The notes under the pieces were generated by a model, which ran no database searches, was not told the origin of the DNA, and worked only from the letters and a program-made list of their open reading frames with translations. A program made the translations under genes and the position numbers. DNA of 44,708 nucleotides from an uncultured Bacteroidales bacterium (lineage in GTDB: Bacteria; Bacteroidota; Bacteroidia; Bacteroidales; UBA10428): NCBI GenBank assembly GCA_964449015.1, contig CAYVBH010000003.1:1-44708 (forward strand), in the 5' to 3' direction. Position 1 is the stretch's first letter. Every line of letters starts with the position of its first letter. Shown in pieces: positions 26,665 through 35,501 of the stretch.

Positions 26665-27661
26665 GGGATCTTTTAGTGATCGTTGGATTTCATATTGTGA
26701 AAACAACGGAATAGAATGGAAACAGGTAAACTGTTACTCTAACGACATTATTGAACAATTGGATGATTGTGACGCCTTAATGTGGCACATAAATCAAAAC
26801 AATCCAAAGGATAACCTTTTTGCTAAGCAACTTGTCTTTTCAGTAACGACTGCAGGCAAGCAAGTATTTCCTGATGTTAACACTATCTGGCATTTCGATG
26901 ATAAACTGGGACAGAAGTATTTACTTGAAGCAATAGATGCGCCCTTGCCTAAGACATGGGTTTTCTACGACCGGGAAAAAGCGCTTCAATGGGCAGAACA
27001 AGCAAAATATCCGATTGTTTTCAAGCTAAGATGTGGAGGAGGATCACAAAACGTCAGGCTAATAAAAAATGTCCGACTAGCAAGAAGAATGATTAGACGG
27101 GCTTTCAGATACGGTTTTGCGGGATATTTTGCTCTGAGTGATTTGAAAGAAAGGTGGCGTCAGTTCAGCTTAGGCATGACAGATATTAAGGTTGTTATTA
27201 AAGGTTTGTTACGCTTCTTTATGGCACCGCCATATGCGCGGAAAAGAATACGTGAGAAGGGGTACATTTATTTTCAGGAATATATACCCGGAAATACTCA
27301 TGATATTCGGATTATTGTTGTAGGAAAGAAAGCTTTCGCAATCAAGCGCATGGTTCGCAGCAATGACTTCAGGGCTTCCGGTAGCGGCATGATTCTATAT
27401 GAAAAGGAGTGTTTTGAGGATTCTACGGTTGAACTGGCATTTGAAATGGCAGAAAAATTGAAAACACAGAGCGCTGCTTTTGACTTTGTTTATTCTGAGG
27501 GGAAGATATATGTTTTAGAGGTTAGTTTTGGGTTCATTAAAGAAGTATATGATCCATGCACCGGATTTTGGGATAGAGGCCTTAACTGGCATGAAGGTAA
27601 ATTTGATCCAAATGCATGGATGGTAGAGGACCTTATTAAGCGAATCAAACATACCGACTGA
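26639..27661 (+). CDS. ATP-grasp domain ligase
   Basis: 340 aa, overlapping asnB-like by 26 nt. ATP-grasp landmarks: DKLGQKYLLEAIDAPLPKTWVF, YPIVFKLRCGGGSQNVRLI, IYFQEYIPGNTHDIRIIVVGKKAF, AFDFVYSEGKIYVLEVS. Confidence 0.7.
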   Translation: MKIAIHPSKGSFSDRWISYCENNGIEWKQVNCYSNDIIEQLDDCDALMWHINQNNPKDNLFAKQLVFSVTTAGKQVFPDVNTIWHFDDKLGQKYLLEAIDAPLPKTWVFYDREKALQWAEQAKYPIVFKLRCGGGSQNVRLIKNVRLARRMIRRAFRYGFAGYFALSDLKERWRQFSLGMTDIKVVIKGLLRFFMAPPYARKRIREKGYIYFQEYIPGNTHDIRIIVVGKKAFAIKRMVRSNDFRASGSGMILYEKECFEDSTVELAFEMAEKLKTQSAAFDFVYSEGKIYVLEVSFGFIKEVYDPCTGFWDRGLNWHEGKFDPNAWMVEDLIKRIKHTD

Positions 27662-27690
27662 TTCTTAGCCCAATTTGACATTTCTACGGG

Positions 27691-28773
27691 ATGATTAACA
27701 AAATATTATGCTGTGTGATTCCATCGCTCCAAGCCGGTGGTATGGAAAGAGTAATGTCTGAACTAATTACATATAGTGCATCCCGAGAGAACTTGGAAAT
27801 ACATCTGATTTTATACGATTCTTCAAGAGAGATTTTTTATCCCGTCCCAGATAGAGTCAATATCCATATGCCAAGGTTCAACTTTAAAAAAAGTTGCAGA
27901 TTTCTTAGTACTCTTCGGACAATGCTTTTTGTGCGGAAATCTGTAGTTAAAATTGCTCCTGATGCCGTTCTTAGCTTTGGAGAGTTATGGAATAGTCTTG
28001 TCTTGCTATCCTTGATTGCACTAAACTTGCCTGTATATATTTCAGATCGCTGTAGTCCTGCAAAAAGTTTTGGATCGTTTCATTCATTCCTAATGTTTAT
28101 GTTGTACCGAAGAGCAAAAGGCATCATTGTACAGACAGAAATAGCAAAAAAGATATACCTGGAGCGGTTTAAACATAAGAATATTAGAGTAATAGGTAAT
28201 CCGATAAGATTGATATTGACAAGAGAAGAAGAAAGAGAAAACATTGTGTTGACTGTTGGCAGGTTCATTAGTTCGAAGCATCATGACAGGTTGATAGAAT
28301 TGTTTCTGGATATTGGAATGCCTGGATGGAGGCTGATATTGGTTGGATATGACCATCTGGGTCAATCAAATCATAAACGTTTGCAGTGTATAATAGATCA
28401 ACGATGCGGAACTGATAGGGTTATGCTCGTAGGTAAACAAACTGATGTGGATTTTTATTACAAACACAGCAAAATATTTGCATTCACCTCAAGTTCTGAA
28501 GGTTTCCCTAACGTAATAGGAGAAGCTATGTCTTCTGGATTACCCGTTGTGGCATTTGACTGTATTGCTGGTCCATCAGAGATGATTGTTGATGGGAAAA
28601 ATGGCTATCTTGTTCCTTTGTTTGATTATCAAAGTTTCAGAGACAAGCTCAAACAACTCATGGATAATGAGGTTCTTAGGCTCAGTTTCGCAATAAATGC
28701 AAGAAAGGACATCGAAAGATTCTCTGTTGAAAAAATCGGGAAGCAATATTTGGATTTAATTTTTAATGAATAA
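27691..28773 (+). CDS. GT4 family glycosyltransferase
   Basis: 360 aa. N-terminal CCVIPSLQAGGMERVMSEL and C-terminal SSSEGFPNVIGEAMSSGLPVVAFDCIAGPSEMIVDGKNGYLV. Confidence 0.8.
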   Translation: MINKILCCVIPSLQAGGMERVMSELITYSASRENLEIHLILYDSSREIFYPVPDRVNIHMPRFNFKKSCRFLSTLRTMLFVRKSVVKIAPDAVLSFGELWNSLVLLSLIALNLPVYISDRCSPAKSFGSFHSFLMFMLYRRAKGIIVQTEIAKKIYLERFKHKNIRVIGNPIRLILTREEERENIVLTVGRFISSKHHDRLIELFLDIGMPGWRLILVGYDHLGQSNHKRLQCIIDQRCGTDRVMLVGKQTDVDFYYKHSKIFAFTSSSEGFPNVIGEAMSSGLPVVAFDCIAGPSEMIVDGKNGYLVPLFDYQSFRDKLKQLMDNEVLRLSFAINARKDIERFSVEKIGKQYLDLIFNE

Positions 28774-28789
28774 CCAATTCCCTTGCACT

Positions 28790-29707
28790 ATGAAAATACT
28801 TATTACAGGCGGAGCCGGCTTCATTGGATCTGCGATCGTTTCTACCTTGCAGAAGGATGGGCATGATATCTTTGTCCTTGATAACCTGTCTTTTGGAAGG
28901 AGAGAATTCATTGAAGTATCTGATGATCACTTCTATTTGGTAGATATTCGCGATTCCGAGAGAGTAAGCCATTCCTTAAGCCTCTTAAATCCCGACATAA
29001 TTGTACACCTGGCCGCCATACATTTTATCCCTTACTGTAATGAACATCCATACGAAGCCTCAGATACCAATATCAGGGGTACTATTAATATTTTGGATGC
29101 ATGTTCTCATCTCAAATTACTGAAGAAGTTTTTCTTCGCTTCCACAGCAGCGGTTTACCCAATCTCTGATGTTGCACTGGATGAGAACCATAGACTGAAT
29201 CCTATGGATATCTATGGTCTGACAAAACTCACAGGTGAATATTTGTGCCGCAAATTTTACCTTGAGACAGGGATTGATACAATTGTCTGTCGGTTTTTTA
29301 ATGCCTTTGGTCCAAATGAAACCAATCCACATCTTATTCCTGAAATTGACAGGCAGTTACGAGAGGGCTCCAGAACTTTAAAACTTGGCAATCTGTCTCC
29401 TAAACGAGATTTTATTCATACTTATGACATGGCATCTGCTGTGAAAAAGTTGCTACAATTGGACAAAACAGGATTCGATATTTTCAATCTGGGACGTGGA
29501 ATAGAATACTCAGTCACCGACATCGTTGAGGCATTTGAGAGTCAACTAGAAGAGAGAATAGGCATAGAGGTAGATCCCACACGTCTACGAAAGGTAGAAA
29601 GGGAGCACTTGTTGGCGGATGTTTCGAAACTCAAAAACATAGCAGCCTGGGAACCTGAGTGGGGGATCAACGAAGGCATAGCGAACCTAATTGGAAACTG
29701 GAAGTAA
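28790..29707 (+). CDS. NAD-dependent nucleotide-sugar epimerase/dehydratase (extended SDR)
   Basis: The ORF track starts at 28766. ATG 28790 gives the canonical N-terminus MKILITGGAGFIGS. Catalytic YGLTKLTGE (YxxxK). About 305 aa, the size of a 4-epimerase-type enzyme. Confidence 0.8.
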   Translation: MKILITGGAGFIGSAIVSTLQKDGHDIFVLDNLSFGRREFIEVSDDHFYLVDIRDSERVSHSLSLLNPDIIVHLAAIHFIPYCNEHPYEASDTNIRGTINILDACSHLKLLKKFFFASTAAVYPISDVALDENHRLNPMDIYGLTKLTGEYLCRKFYLETGIDTIVCRFFNAFGPNETNPHLIPEIDRQLREGSRTLKLGNLSPKRDFIHTYDMASAVKKLLQLDKTGFDIFNLGRGIEYSVTDIVEAFESQLEERIGIEVDPTRLRKVEREHLLADVSKLKNIAAWEPEWGINEGIANLIGNWK

Positions 29708-29719
29708 TACTTACTGGTA

Positions 29720-30856
29720 ATGAAGGGGAACAAATCTACTATTGGAATCCTATTCAACTTTAGTTCACAGTGGATGGGTGGGATTATCTACGTTATCAAT
29801 ATTGTCAATACACTTGATTTCCTAAAGGATGAGGAGAAACCTGAAATCATCCTTTTCTACAATCCTTCACTTAGGCGATTTTTACCTGAGTTCAATTATC
29901 CATATCTTACCTGTATTGAGTGGGATTTCCCCTCTATCATTAAGGGGAATTTGTTATCGATACTTAAGAGAAAGAATGTCTTCATTGACGAAATTCTTAA
30001 AAAGTATAAGCTGGACTCTCTGTTCCCAATGCATGATTTTCCTGTAAGAACGATAACAAATACAAGATTGATTTCGTGGTGGGCTGATCTACAGGAAAAA
30101 TATTATCCCGAGTTTTTTACTCCAATTCAAAGAGCCAGCAGACATGTTCGAATCCTGCTTATTCTAAAAAATTGTAATTATATGGTTTTGTCAAGTAATG
30201 CGGTTCTGGATGATTTTAACTCGTTTTATAATCTGAGAGGCAATATGAAGGTTAGTGTGTTTCATTTCGTCTCAGTCATCAAAGATAGTGCCGGTGAATC
30301 CATAAATGGCCTAAGAGCGGTATATGGATTACCCGATAAATACTTTCTCGTGTCTAACCAGTTCCACAAACACAAGAATCACAGAATAATCTTGCTAGCT
30401 TTAGCCAGACTTAAGGCACTGGGGATCAGGAAACATGTCGCTTTTACTGGCAAACTTCCTGCCGCGCAGGACTCTCAGTATCTGGCAGAACTACATGCTA
30501 TTATGAATGACCATAACTTACACGATCAGGTTACTATGCTTGGATTAATTCCGCGAACAGATCAGATCACTATTATGAAACATTGCCAGGCTGTCATTCA
30601 ACCGAGCTTGTTTGAGGGATGGAGTACTGTAATTGAAGATGCAAAATCATTGCAGGTACCCGTCGTGGCAGCTAACCTTAAAGTAAATATTGAGCAACTA
30701 AGTGATCAAGGTGTGTATTTTGATCCGAATAATACGGCAGAGCTCGCAACCATCTTAGATACTTTTCCGGAAAGAAACATAGATACAATACTCTATGAAG
30801 GTTACTCGCAGCGAATTAAAAATGCTGCAGATCAGTTACGGCGTATTTTGGGATAG
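29720..30856 (+). CDS. GT-B fold glycosyltransferase (GT1/GT4-like)
   Basis: 378 aa. C-terminal PSLFEGWSTVIEDAKSLQVPVVAANL is an E-x7-E-like block. HKNHRIILLA is typical of the start of the second Rossmann domain. Confidence 0.7.
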   Translation: MKGNKSTIGILFNFSSQWMGGIIYVINIVNTLDFLKDEEKPEIILFYNPSLRRFLPEFNYPYLTCIEWDFPSIIKGNLLSILKRKNVFIDEILKKYKLDSLFPMHDFPVRTITNTRLISWWADLQEKYYPEFFTPIQRASRHVRILLILKNCNYMVLSSNAVLDDFNSFYNLRGNMKVSVFHFVSVIKDSAGESINGLRAVYGLPDKYFLVSNQFHKHKNHRIILLALARLKALGIRKHVAFTGKLPAAQDSQYLAELHAIMNDHNLHDQVTMLGLIPRTDQITIMKHCQAVIQPSLFEGWSTVIEDAKSLQVPVVAANLKVNIEQLSDQGVYFDPNNTAELATILDTFPERNIDTILYEGYSQRIKNAADQLRRILG

Positions 30857-30917
30857 GCAGTTGTAATGTATGAATGAACTAAAGGTAACCTAATTATTGC
30901 GGGTGCCAGTTATACGA

Positions 30918-32039
30918 ATGGGGAAAATTACTTTTATTAACCAGGATTCTGGTTATTTGATGATCGATATTATTAACTACTACTCTTCTGCAGGGTATGA
31001 TTGTTCATTAATTACGGGAAGGCTGAATGTTAGGAATACTCCGCTGAATCCAAAAGTCAGGATTGAGAAAATAATTAAATATAACAGAACCACAACTTTC
31101 AATAGACTAGGCACATGGTTGATTGGGTTCCTACAGATTTGGTTTAGGCTGATAACAAGGCACAGAACTCATGATCTTTTCATTGTATCCAACCCTCCTT
31201 TTGCCCCGTTACTGTCTTTACTTGTTAGGAATTCATGCAAACTTATGATTTTTGATGTCTTTCCGGATGCACTTTCAGAGCTGGGGTACCTATCTGATAA
31301 ATCTATCATCATAAAGTGCTGGAGACTGGCCAACAAAAAAGCGTTTGCTAAAGCAGCCGACATTTTTACTATTTCTGAAAGCATGAAATGCTTGCTAGAA
31401 AGATACGCGGGAATGAATACCATCAAAGTAGTCCCGCTATGGACTGATAACTCTTTCCTTAAACCTGTGAGATTCTCGGATAATCCATTTATTATGAAAT
31501 ATGGCCTGACAGGGAAATTTGTGGTTTTATACTCAGGAAATATTGGGTTATCAGGTAATGTCGATGTCATCTTGGATGTTGCCTCTATGATCCATAGAAG
31601 TGACATTGTATTTCTGATCATAGGGGATGGAGCCAGGAAATTGATGATTAGTAAGACAATTAATGCGCTCAATCTTAGGAATGTAACTCTTCTTCCCTGG
31701 CAATTGCCTTCGGATTTGCCTTATTCTTTATCTATGGCAAGTTTAGCGGTTGTCTCACTGGGGGCAAAAGCTTCAAAACTAGCCATTCCAAGTAAATTAT
31801 TCAATTATCTTTCAGTAGGTGCGCCATTGTTGTGCTTTACTTCTAAAGGTTCTGAGGTGGAAAAACTGGTTTCCAGATATGAATGCGGCAAAAGCTTTGA
31901 ACCACATGATATCACAGGAATTGTAGAATTCATCAATGAAATTGCCGACAACCGGGAACTTTGGGATTTAATGAGAAACAATTCATTGAAAGCATCTGTA
32001 GATTTTAGTGTTCCCAACATTAATATGTTTATTTCTTAA
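30918..32039 (+). CDS. GT4-like glycosyltransferase (WbuB-like architecture)
   Basis: The ORF track starts at TTG 30897; the first ATG (MGKITFINQDSGYLMIDIIN) is 30918. C-terminal LAIPSKLFNYLSVGAPLLCF resembles the PSK..eY.a.G.P motif. It lies immediately upstream of the initiating transferase. Confidence 0.65.
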   Translation: MGKITFINQDSGYLMIDIINYYSSAGYDCSLITGRLNVRNTPLNPKVRIEKIIKYNRTTTFNRLGTWLIGFLQIWFRLITRHRTHDLFIVSNPPFAPLLSLLVRNSCKLMIFDVFPDALSELGYLSDKSIIIKCWRLANKKAFAKAADIFTISESMKCLLERYAGMNTIKVVPLWTDNSFLKPVRFSDNPFIMKYGLTGKFVVLYSGNIGLSGNVDVILDVASMIHRSDIVFLIIGDGARKLMISKTINALNLRNVTLLPWQLPSDLPYSLSMASLAVVSLGAKASKLAIPSKLFNYLSVGAPLLCFTSKGSEVEKLVSRYECGKSFEPHDITGIVEFINEIADNRELWDLMRNNSLKASVDFSVPNINMFIS

Positions 32040-32046
32040 TCTTCTT

Positions 32047-32688
32047 ATGGCCGATCTCAATCTTAAAACCGACTTACACCCTAAGAACGCGAGCAGGAGA
32101 ATCTATGGAAATTTCCTTAAGCCTCTTCTTGACTGGGCGGTGGCATTTTTGGGAATTATCCTTTTTATGCCTATCTTAATTGTAGTTGCGGTTATCATTA
32201 AGATAGACACTCCTGGTCCAGTTTTTTTTATACAGGAAAGACTTGGCCTTCATGGTAAGGTATTCAAAATAATAAAATTCCGGTCAATGACTGTTGATAA
32301 CCAAGTAAAACCAGGTAACAAGCTGTTTGAGAATGATCCTTATATAACCAGATCGGGAAGATTTATTAGGAAAACCAGCATTGATGAGTTGCCACAGCTA
32401 TTTAATATTTTACTTGGAGAGATGAGTTTCATTGGTCCCCGCCCACCGGTTCCATATTATCCTAAGAGAATTGATGATTATAACCAGTTTGAATATCAAA
32501 GATTTCTGGTAAAACCAGGTCTTAGCGGACTAGCACAGGTTAGGTGTCGTGAAATACATGACTGGGATATTAATATTCCAATTGATGTGGAATATGTGCA
32601 TAATTACTCATTAATATACGATCTCAAGCTTTTCCTGGTTTCACTTATATCTTTTATCAGAACTGACAATGTGTATAGAAAAGACTGA
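32047..32688 (+). CDS. Undecaprenyl-phosphate sugar-phosphate transferase (small monotopic PglC/WcfS-type initiating PGT)
   Basis: The ORF track starts at GTG 32008. ATG 32047 lies 7 nt after the upstream stop. One N-terminal re-entrant helix, then PGPVFFIQERLGLHGKVFKIIKFRSM and IDELPQLFNILLGEMSFIGPRPP (Bac_transf signature). Confidence 0.85.
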   Translation: MADLNLKTDLHPKNASRRIYGNFLKPLLDWAVAFLGIILFMPILIVVAVIIKIDTPGPVFFIQERLGLHGKVFKIIKFRSMTVDNQVKPGNKLFENDPYITRSGRFIRKTSIDELPQLFNILLGEMSFIGPRPPVPYYPKRIDDYNQFEYQRFLVKPGLSGLAQVRCREIHDWDINIPIDVEYVHNYSLIYDLKLFLVSLISFIRTDNVYRKD

Positions 32689-32694
32689 TTTGGA

Positions 32695-33402
32695 ATGAGA
32701 ACTCCATCTTCAGAAATAGTGGTATCTATTCATCAACCGAATTATATGCCATGGTTGGGTTACTTCTATAAGATTTATAAATCTGATTTTTTTGTTTTTC
32801 TGGATGATGTTCAGTTTTCCAGCGAAGGAATGCATAATTATACTTATATAAAGACCACAAAAGGTCCATTCAGATTGAAATACCCTGTTTGGCAAAACTT
32901 TGGAGATCAAATTGTTGAAGTCAGATCCAAAGATCACTTGGAGTGGAAGACTAAGCATTTGCACCTGATTGAGAGCAATTATAAAAGCGCAAGATACTTC
33001 AATCTCGTTTTTAACGATTACAAATCAGTATTATTGGCAGATTACCATAACATTGTTAACCTTAATACTGCTCTGATAACACTCTTTGTTAGCAAACTTG
33101 GATTCAACGCCAGGTTCTTATACTCGTCTGAGTTTAACATCTTACAGATGAAGTCTAATAAAATAATCGCTATTTGCAAAACTCTAGGGGCAGGAATCTA
33201 TTATTCAGGAACCGGAGCAAAAGCTTACCAGAATGAAGATCATTTCTTATTATCAGGAATCACAATAGAGTATTCCGACTTCACTCCTTTTCAATATCCT
33301 CAATTGTGGGGTGGATTTCAACAGAATGTGAGTGCGCTGGATTTCTTTATGAATTGCGGATATGATTGGGAACTTGTACTACAAAATCAAAATCGGGGAT
33401 GA
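32695..33402 (+). CDS. wbqC: WbqC family protein
   Basis: 235 aa. VSIHQPNYMPWLGYFYKI..DFFVFLDDVQF, then KIIAICKTLGAGIYYSGTGAKAY and ALDFFMNCG, follow the WbqC-like family pattern as recalled. Confidence 0.7.
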   Translation: MRTPSSEIVVSIHQPNYMPWLGYFYKIYKSDFFVFLDDVQFSSEGMHNYTYIKTTKGPFRLKYPVWQNFGDQIVEVRSKDHLEWKTKHLHLIESNYKSARYFNLVFNDYKSVLLADYHNIVNLNTALITLFVSKLGFNARFLYSSEFNILQMKSNKIIAICKTLGAGIYYSGTGAKAYQNEDHFLLSGITIEYSDFTPFQYPQLWGGFQQNVSALDFFMNCGYDWELVLQNQNRG

Positions 33403-34376
33403 GATGTGAAATTGGCAGTTTCATTGGACTTGAATTAAGATCTAGCGGAGAGTACTATGGAGGAGAAAGAGACATCGCAAGATTAAATTCCGCGAGAGCT
33501 GGCATTTATCATGCGTGCAGATTATTGGGGTGCAGTTCAATTTATATACCTCACTATTTGTGCCCGTCAGTTAAGGACTTCTTGACGGACCAGAAAATTG
33601 AAGTTGAATTCTACTACATAAATGAGTGCTTTGAACCAAAAATCCTGAATCAGAAGCCGAATCAGGCATTGCTGCTGGTGAATTATTTCGGCATTCTGTC
33701 AAAAGTCAAGATAATGGCGATAGCCTGCCGGTTTACAAACGTAATTATCGATAATTCTGCTGCTTTCTATTCTGCCCCCCTTAATAAGTGTTACTGTGTT
33801 TATTCACCTCGCAAATTTTTCGGTGTACCTGATGGAGCCTATGTTTTAGGTTTGGGCGCACAGGATCTGGTTACTGAATATAAAGAGGATTTTTCATCAG
33901 ATACGTCGCTTTATTTATTAAAGAGAATAGAATATGGACTTGCTTCTACCTACGGGGATCGAATGAAAAATGAAGAGAGGATTAACAAATCTGGAATTCT
34001 AAGGATGTCGGCCCTCTCAAAGACCATACTAAACAGTATTGACTACCAGTCTATAAAGAACAGTAGAATAGATAATTTTAATTTTACCCACGACCTCTAC
34101 AAGAGATCTAATGGAATAGATCCAACATTATTCATTGACGATGATTGTGTTCCAATGGTTTATCCATTTGTGATCGCAAAAGGTAATCTGACTGAAATAC
34201 TAAAAAGGAATCACATTTATGTAGGGAGGTTATGGAAACATGTCCTTAATGAAGTGCCTAATCATACCTTTGAGTACTTTCTATCGCAATATTTAGTTCC
34301 ATTACCTATTGATCAGCGATATAACAGGGAAGATTTATTGTATATTTACAGATGTATCTTCGAACGCGATGTTTAA
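33399..34376 (+). CDS. Short DegT/DnrJ/EryC1-like PLP-dependent enzyme (second copy of this architecture)
   Basis: The ORF track starts at 33366. ATG 33399 gives an ATGA overlap with the wbqC stop. NSARAGIYHACRLLG, LLLVNYFG, VIIDNSAAFYS, and VYSPRKFFGVPDGAY with a candidate PLP lysine. Confidence 0.55.
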   Translation: MRCEIGSFIGLELRSSGEYYGGERDIARLNSARAGIYHACRLLGCSSIYIPHYLCPSVKDFLTDQKIEVEFYYINECFEPKILNQKPNQALLLVNYFGILSKVKIMAIACRFTNVIIDNSAAFYSAPLNKCYCVYSPRKFFGVPDGAYVLGLGAQDLVTEYKEDFSSDTSLYLLKRIEYGLASTYGDRMKNEERINKSGILRMSALSKTILNSIDYQSIKNSRIDNFNFTHDLYKRSNGIDPTLFIDDDCVPMVYPFVIAKGNLTEILKRNHIYVGRLWKHVLNEVPNHTFEYFLSQYLVPLPIDQRYNREDLLYIYRCIFERDV

Positions 34377-34468
34377 TCATTCTAATCATATGGTTTCCAT
34401 ACATAGCAGTCATTGATACTTAGGTAATTAAAAATTACAGATAATCACGTTTTGTGTGAGAAAATCAA

Positions 34469-35140
34469 ATGGAGAAAAACATTCTGATAGTTGCTCCGCA
34501 TCCTGACGATGAGGTCCTTGGATGTGGTGGGACCATGAAAAAAATGGCCTTAAGGAATAATAAGGTTTTTGTTCTCATTACATCAAGAGGCAAGAAGGAA
34601 TTATATTCGGAAGAAAGAATTTCTAATGTTCGACAAGAAGCCCTTGCCGCACATAAAGTATTAGGAGTCAAAAAAACCATGTTTTTGGATTTCCCTGCAC
34701 CAGAATTAGACCTGATTTCTATCTCAGAATTATCATCTGCCATAAAGAATGTGATACTCGAGATAAAACCATATATTATTTTCCTTCCTCACCATGGAGA
34801 TATTCATAAGGACCACACAGCCGTTTGTGATGCTGGCCTTGTTGCCGCCCGACCCCTTATGGGGCTCAGTGTGAAAGAAATATACTCCTATGAAACTCTA
34901 TCGGAAACCGAGTGGGCTCCACCATATCCCAGTGATGCTTTCATCCCTGATCTTTTTAGAAATATTACAGATGTTTTCACCTCAAAAATAGAAGCAATGA
35001 AATGCTATAGAAGTCAATTGCGGGAATTCCCTAATCCAAGATCACTCAAGGCAATTGAGGCATTGGCAAATCTGAGAGGAAGTACTGTGGGCTTCACGTA
35101 TGCAGAATCTTTCAAAACATTAAGGATAATTGATGATTAA
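34469..35140 (+). CDS. PIG-L/LmbE family N-acetyl-sugar deacetylase
   Basis: 223 aa. ILIVAPHPDDEVLGCGGTM (the PHPDDE zinc motif) and PHHGDIHKDH. Confidence 0.8.
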   Translation: MEKNILIVAPHPDDEVLGCGGTMKKMALRNNKVFVLITSRGKKELYSEERISNVRQEALAAHKVLGVKKTMFLDFPAPELDLISISELSSAIKNVILEIKPYIIFLPHHGDIHKDHTAVCDAGLVAARPLMGLSVKEIYSYETLSETEWAPPYPSDAFIPDLFRNITDVFTSKIEAMKCYRSQLREFPNPRSLKAIEALANLRGSTVGFTYAESFKTLRIIDD

Positions 35141-35275
35141 TATTACTCAAATCTAATCTGTGAGATTTTGGTTATTGACTGATTAAATCTGAAAGCACGG
35201 ATAGTGATAGCAGGACTTAGTTAACCAACGTAGTAACCCTTAATACCAATATTTATAAATACTTAACCTCAGCAT

Positions 35276-35497
35276 ATGGATGAGAGACTAATCAATGCAC
35301 TAGCAGAGGCACTTGAGATCAGCGCCTCAAATATCAAAGCTGAAGATTGTTTCCGCGATTACGAAACCTACAGCAGTCTTACTGAATTATCAGTTCTGGC
35401 AATGTTGGATTCTGAATTCGGTATTGAAATTGAAATGAAGGAATATAACAAGTGCCTGACGGTTGAAGATCTCATTCGTCTGGTTTCACAGACTTAA
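35276..35497 (+). CDS. Acyl carrier protein
   Basis: 73 aa and acidic. ...DYETYSSLTELSVLAMLDSEFGIEIE places a Ser at the DSL phosphopantetheine position at the start of helix II. Confidence 0.7.
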   Translation: MDERLINALAEALEISASNIKAEDCFRDYETYSSLTELSVLAMLDSEFGIEIEMKEYNKCLTVEDLIRLVSQT

Positions 35498-35501
35498 ACA
35501 C

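Noticed and set aside
31169-31672. 167-aa minus-strand ORF inside the GT4-like gene (similar cases: 5753-6034, 7094-7411, 12926-13135, 14928-15173, 20609-20897, 26174-26633, 28080-28365, 29117-29332, 36614-37376).
   Set aside because: All are antisense to well-supported plus-strand genes and have no start context or motifs. I treat them as statistical ORFs.
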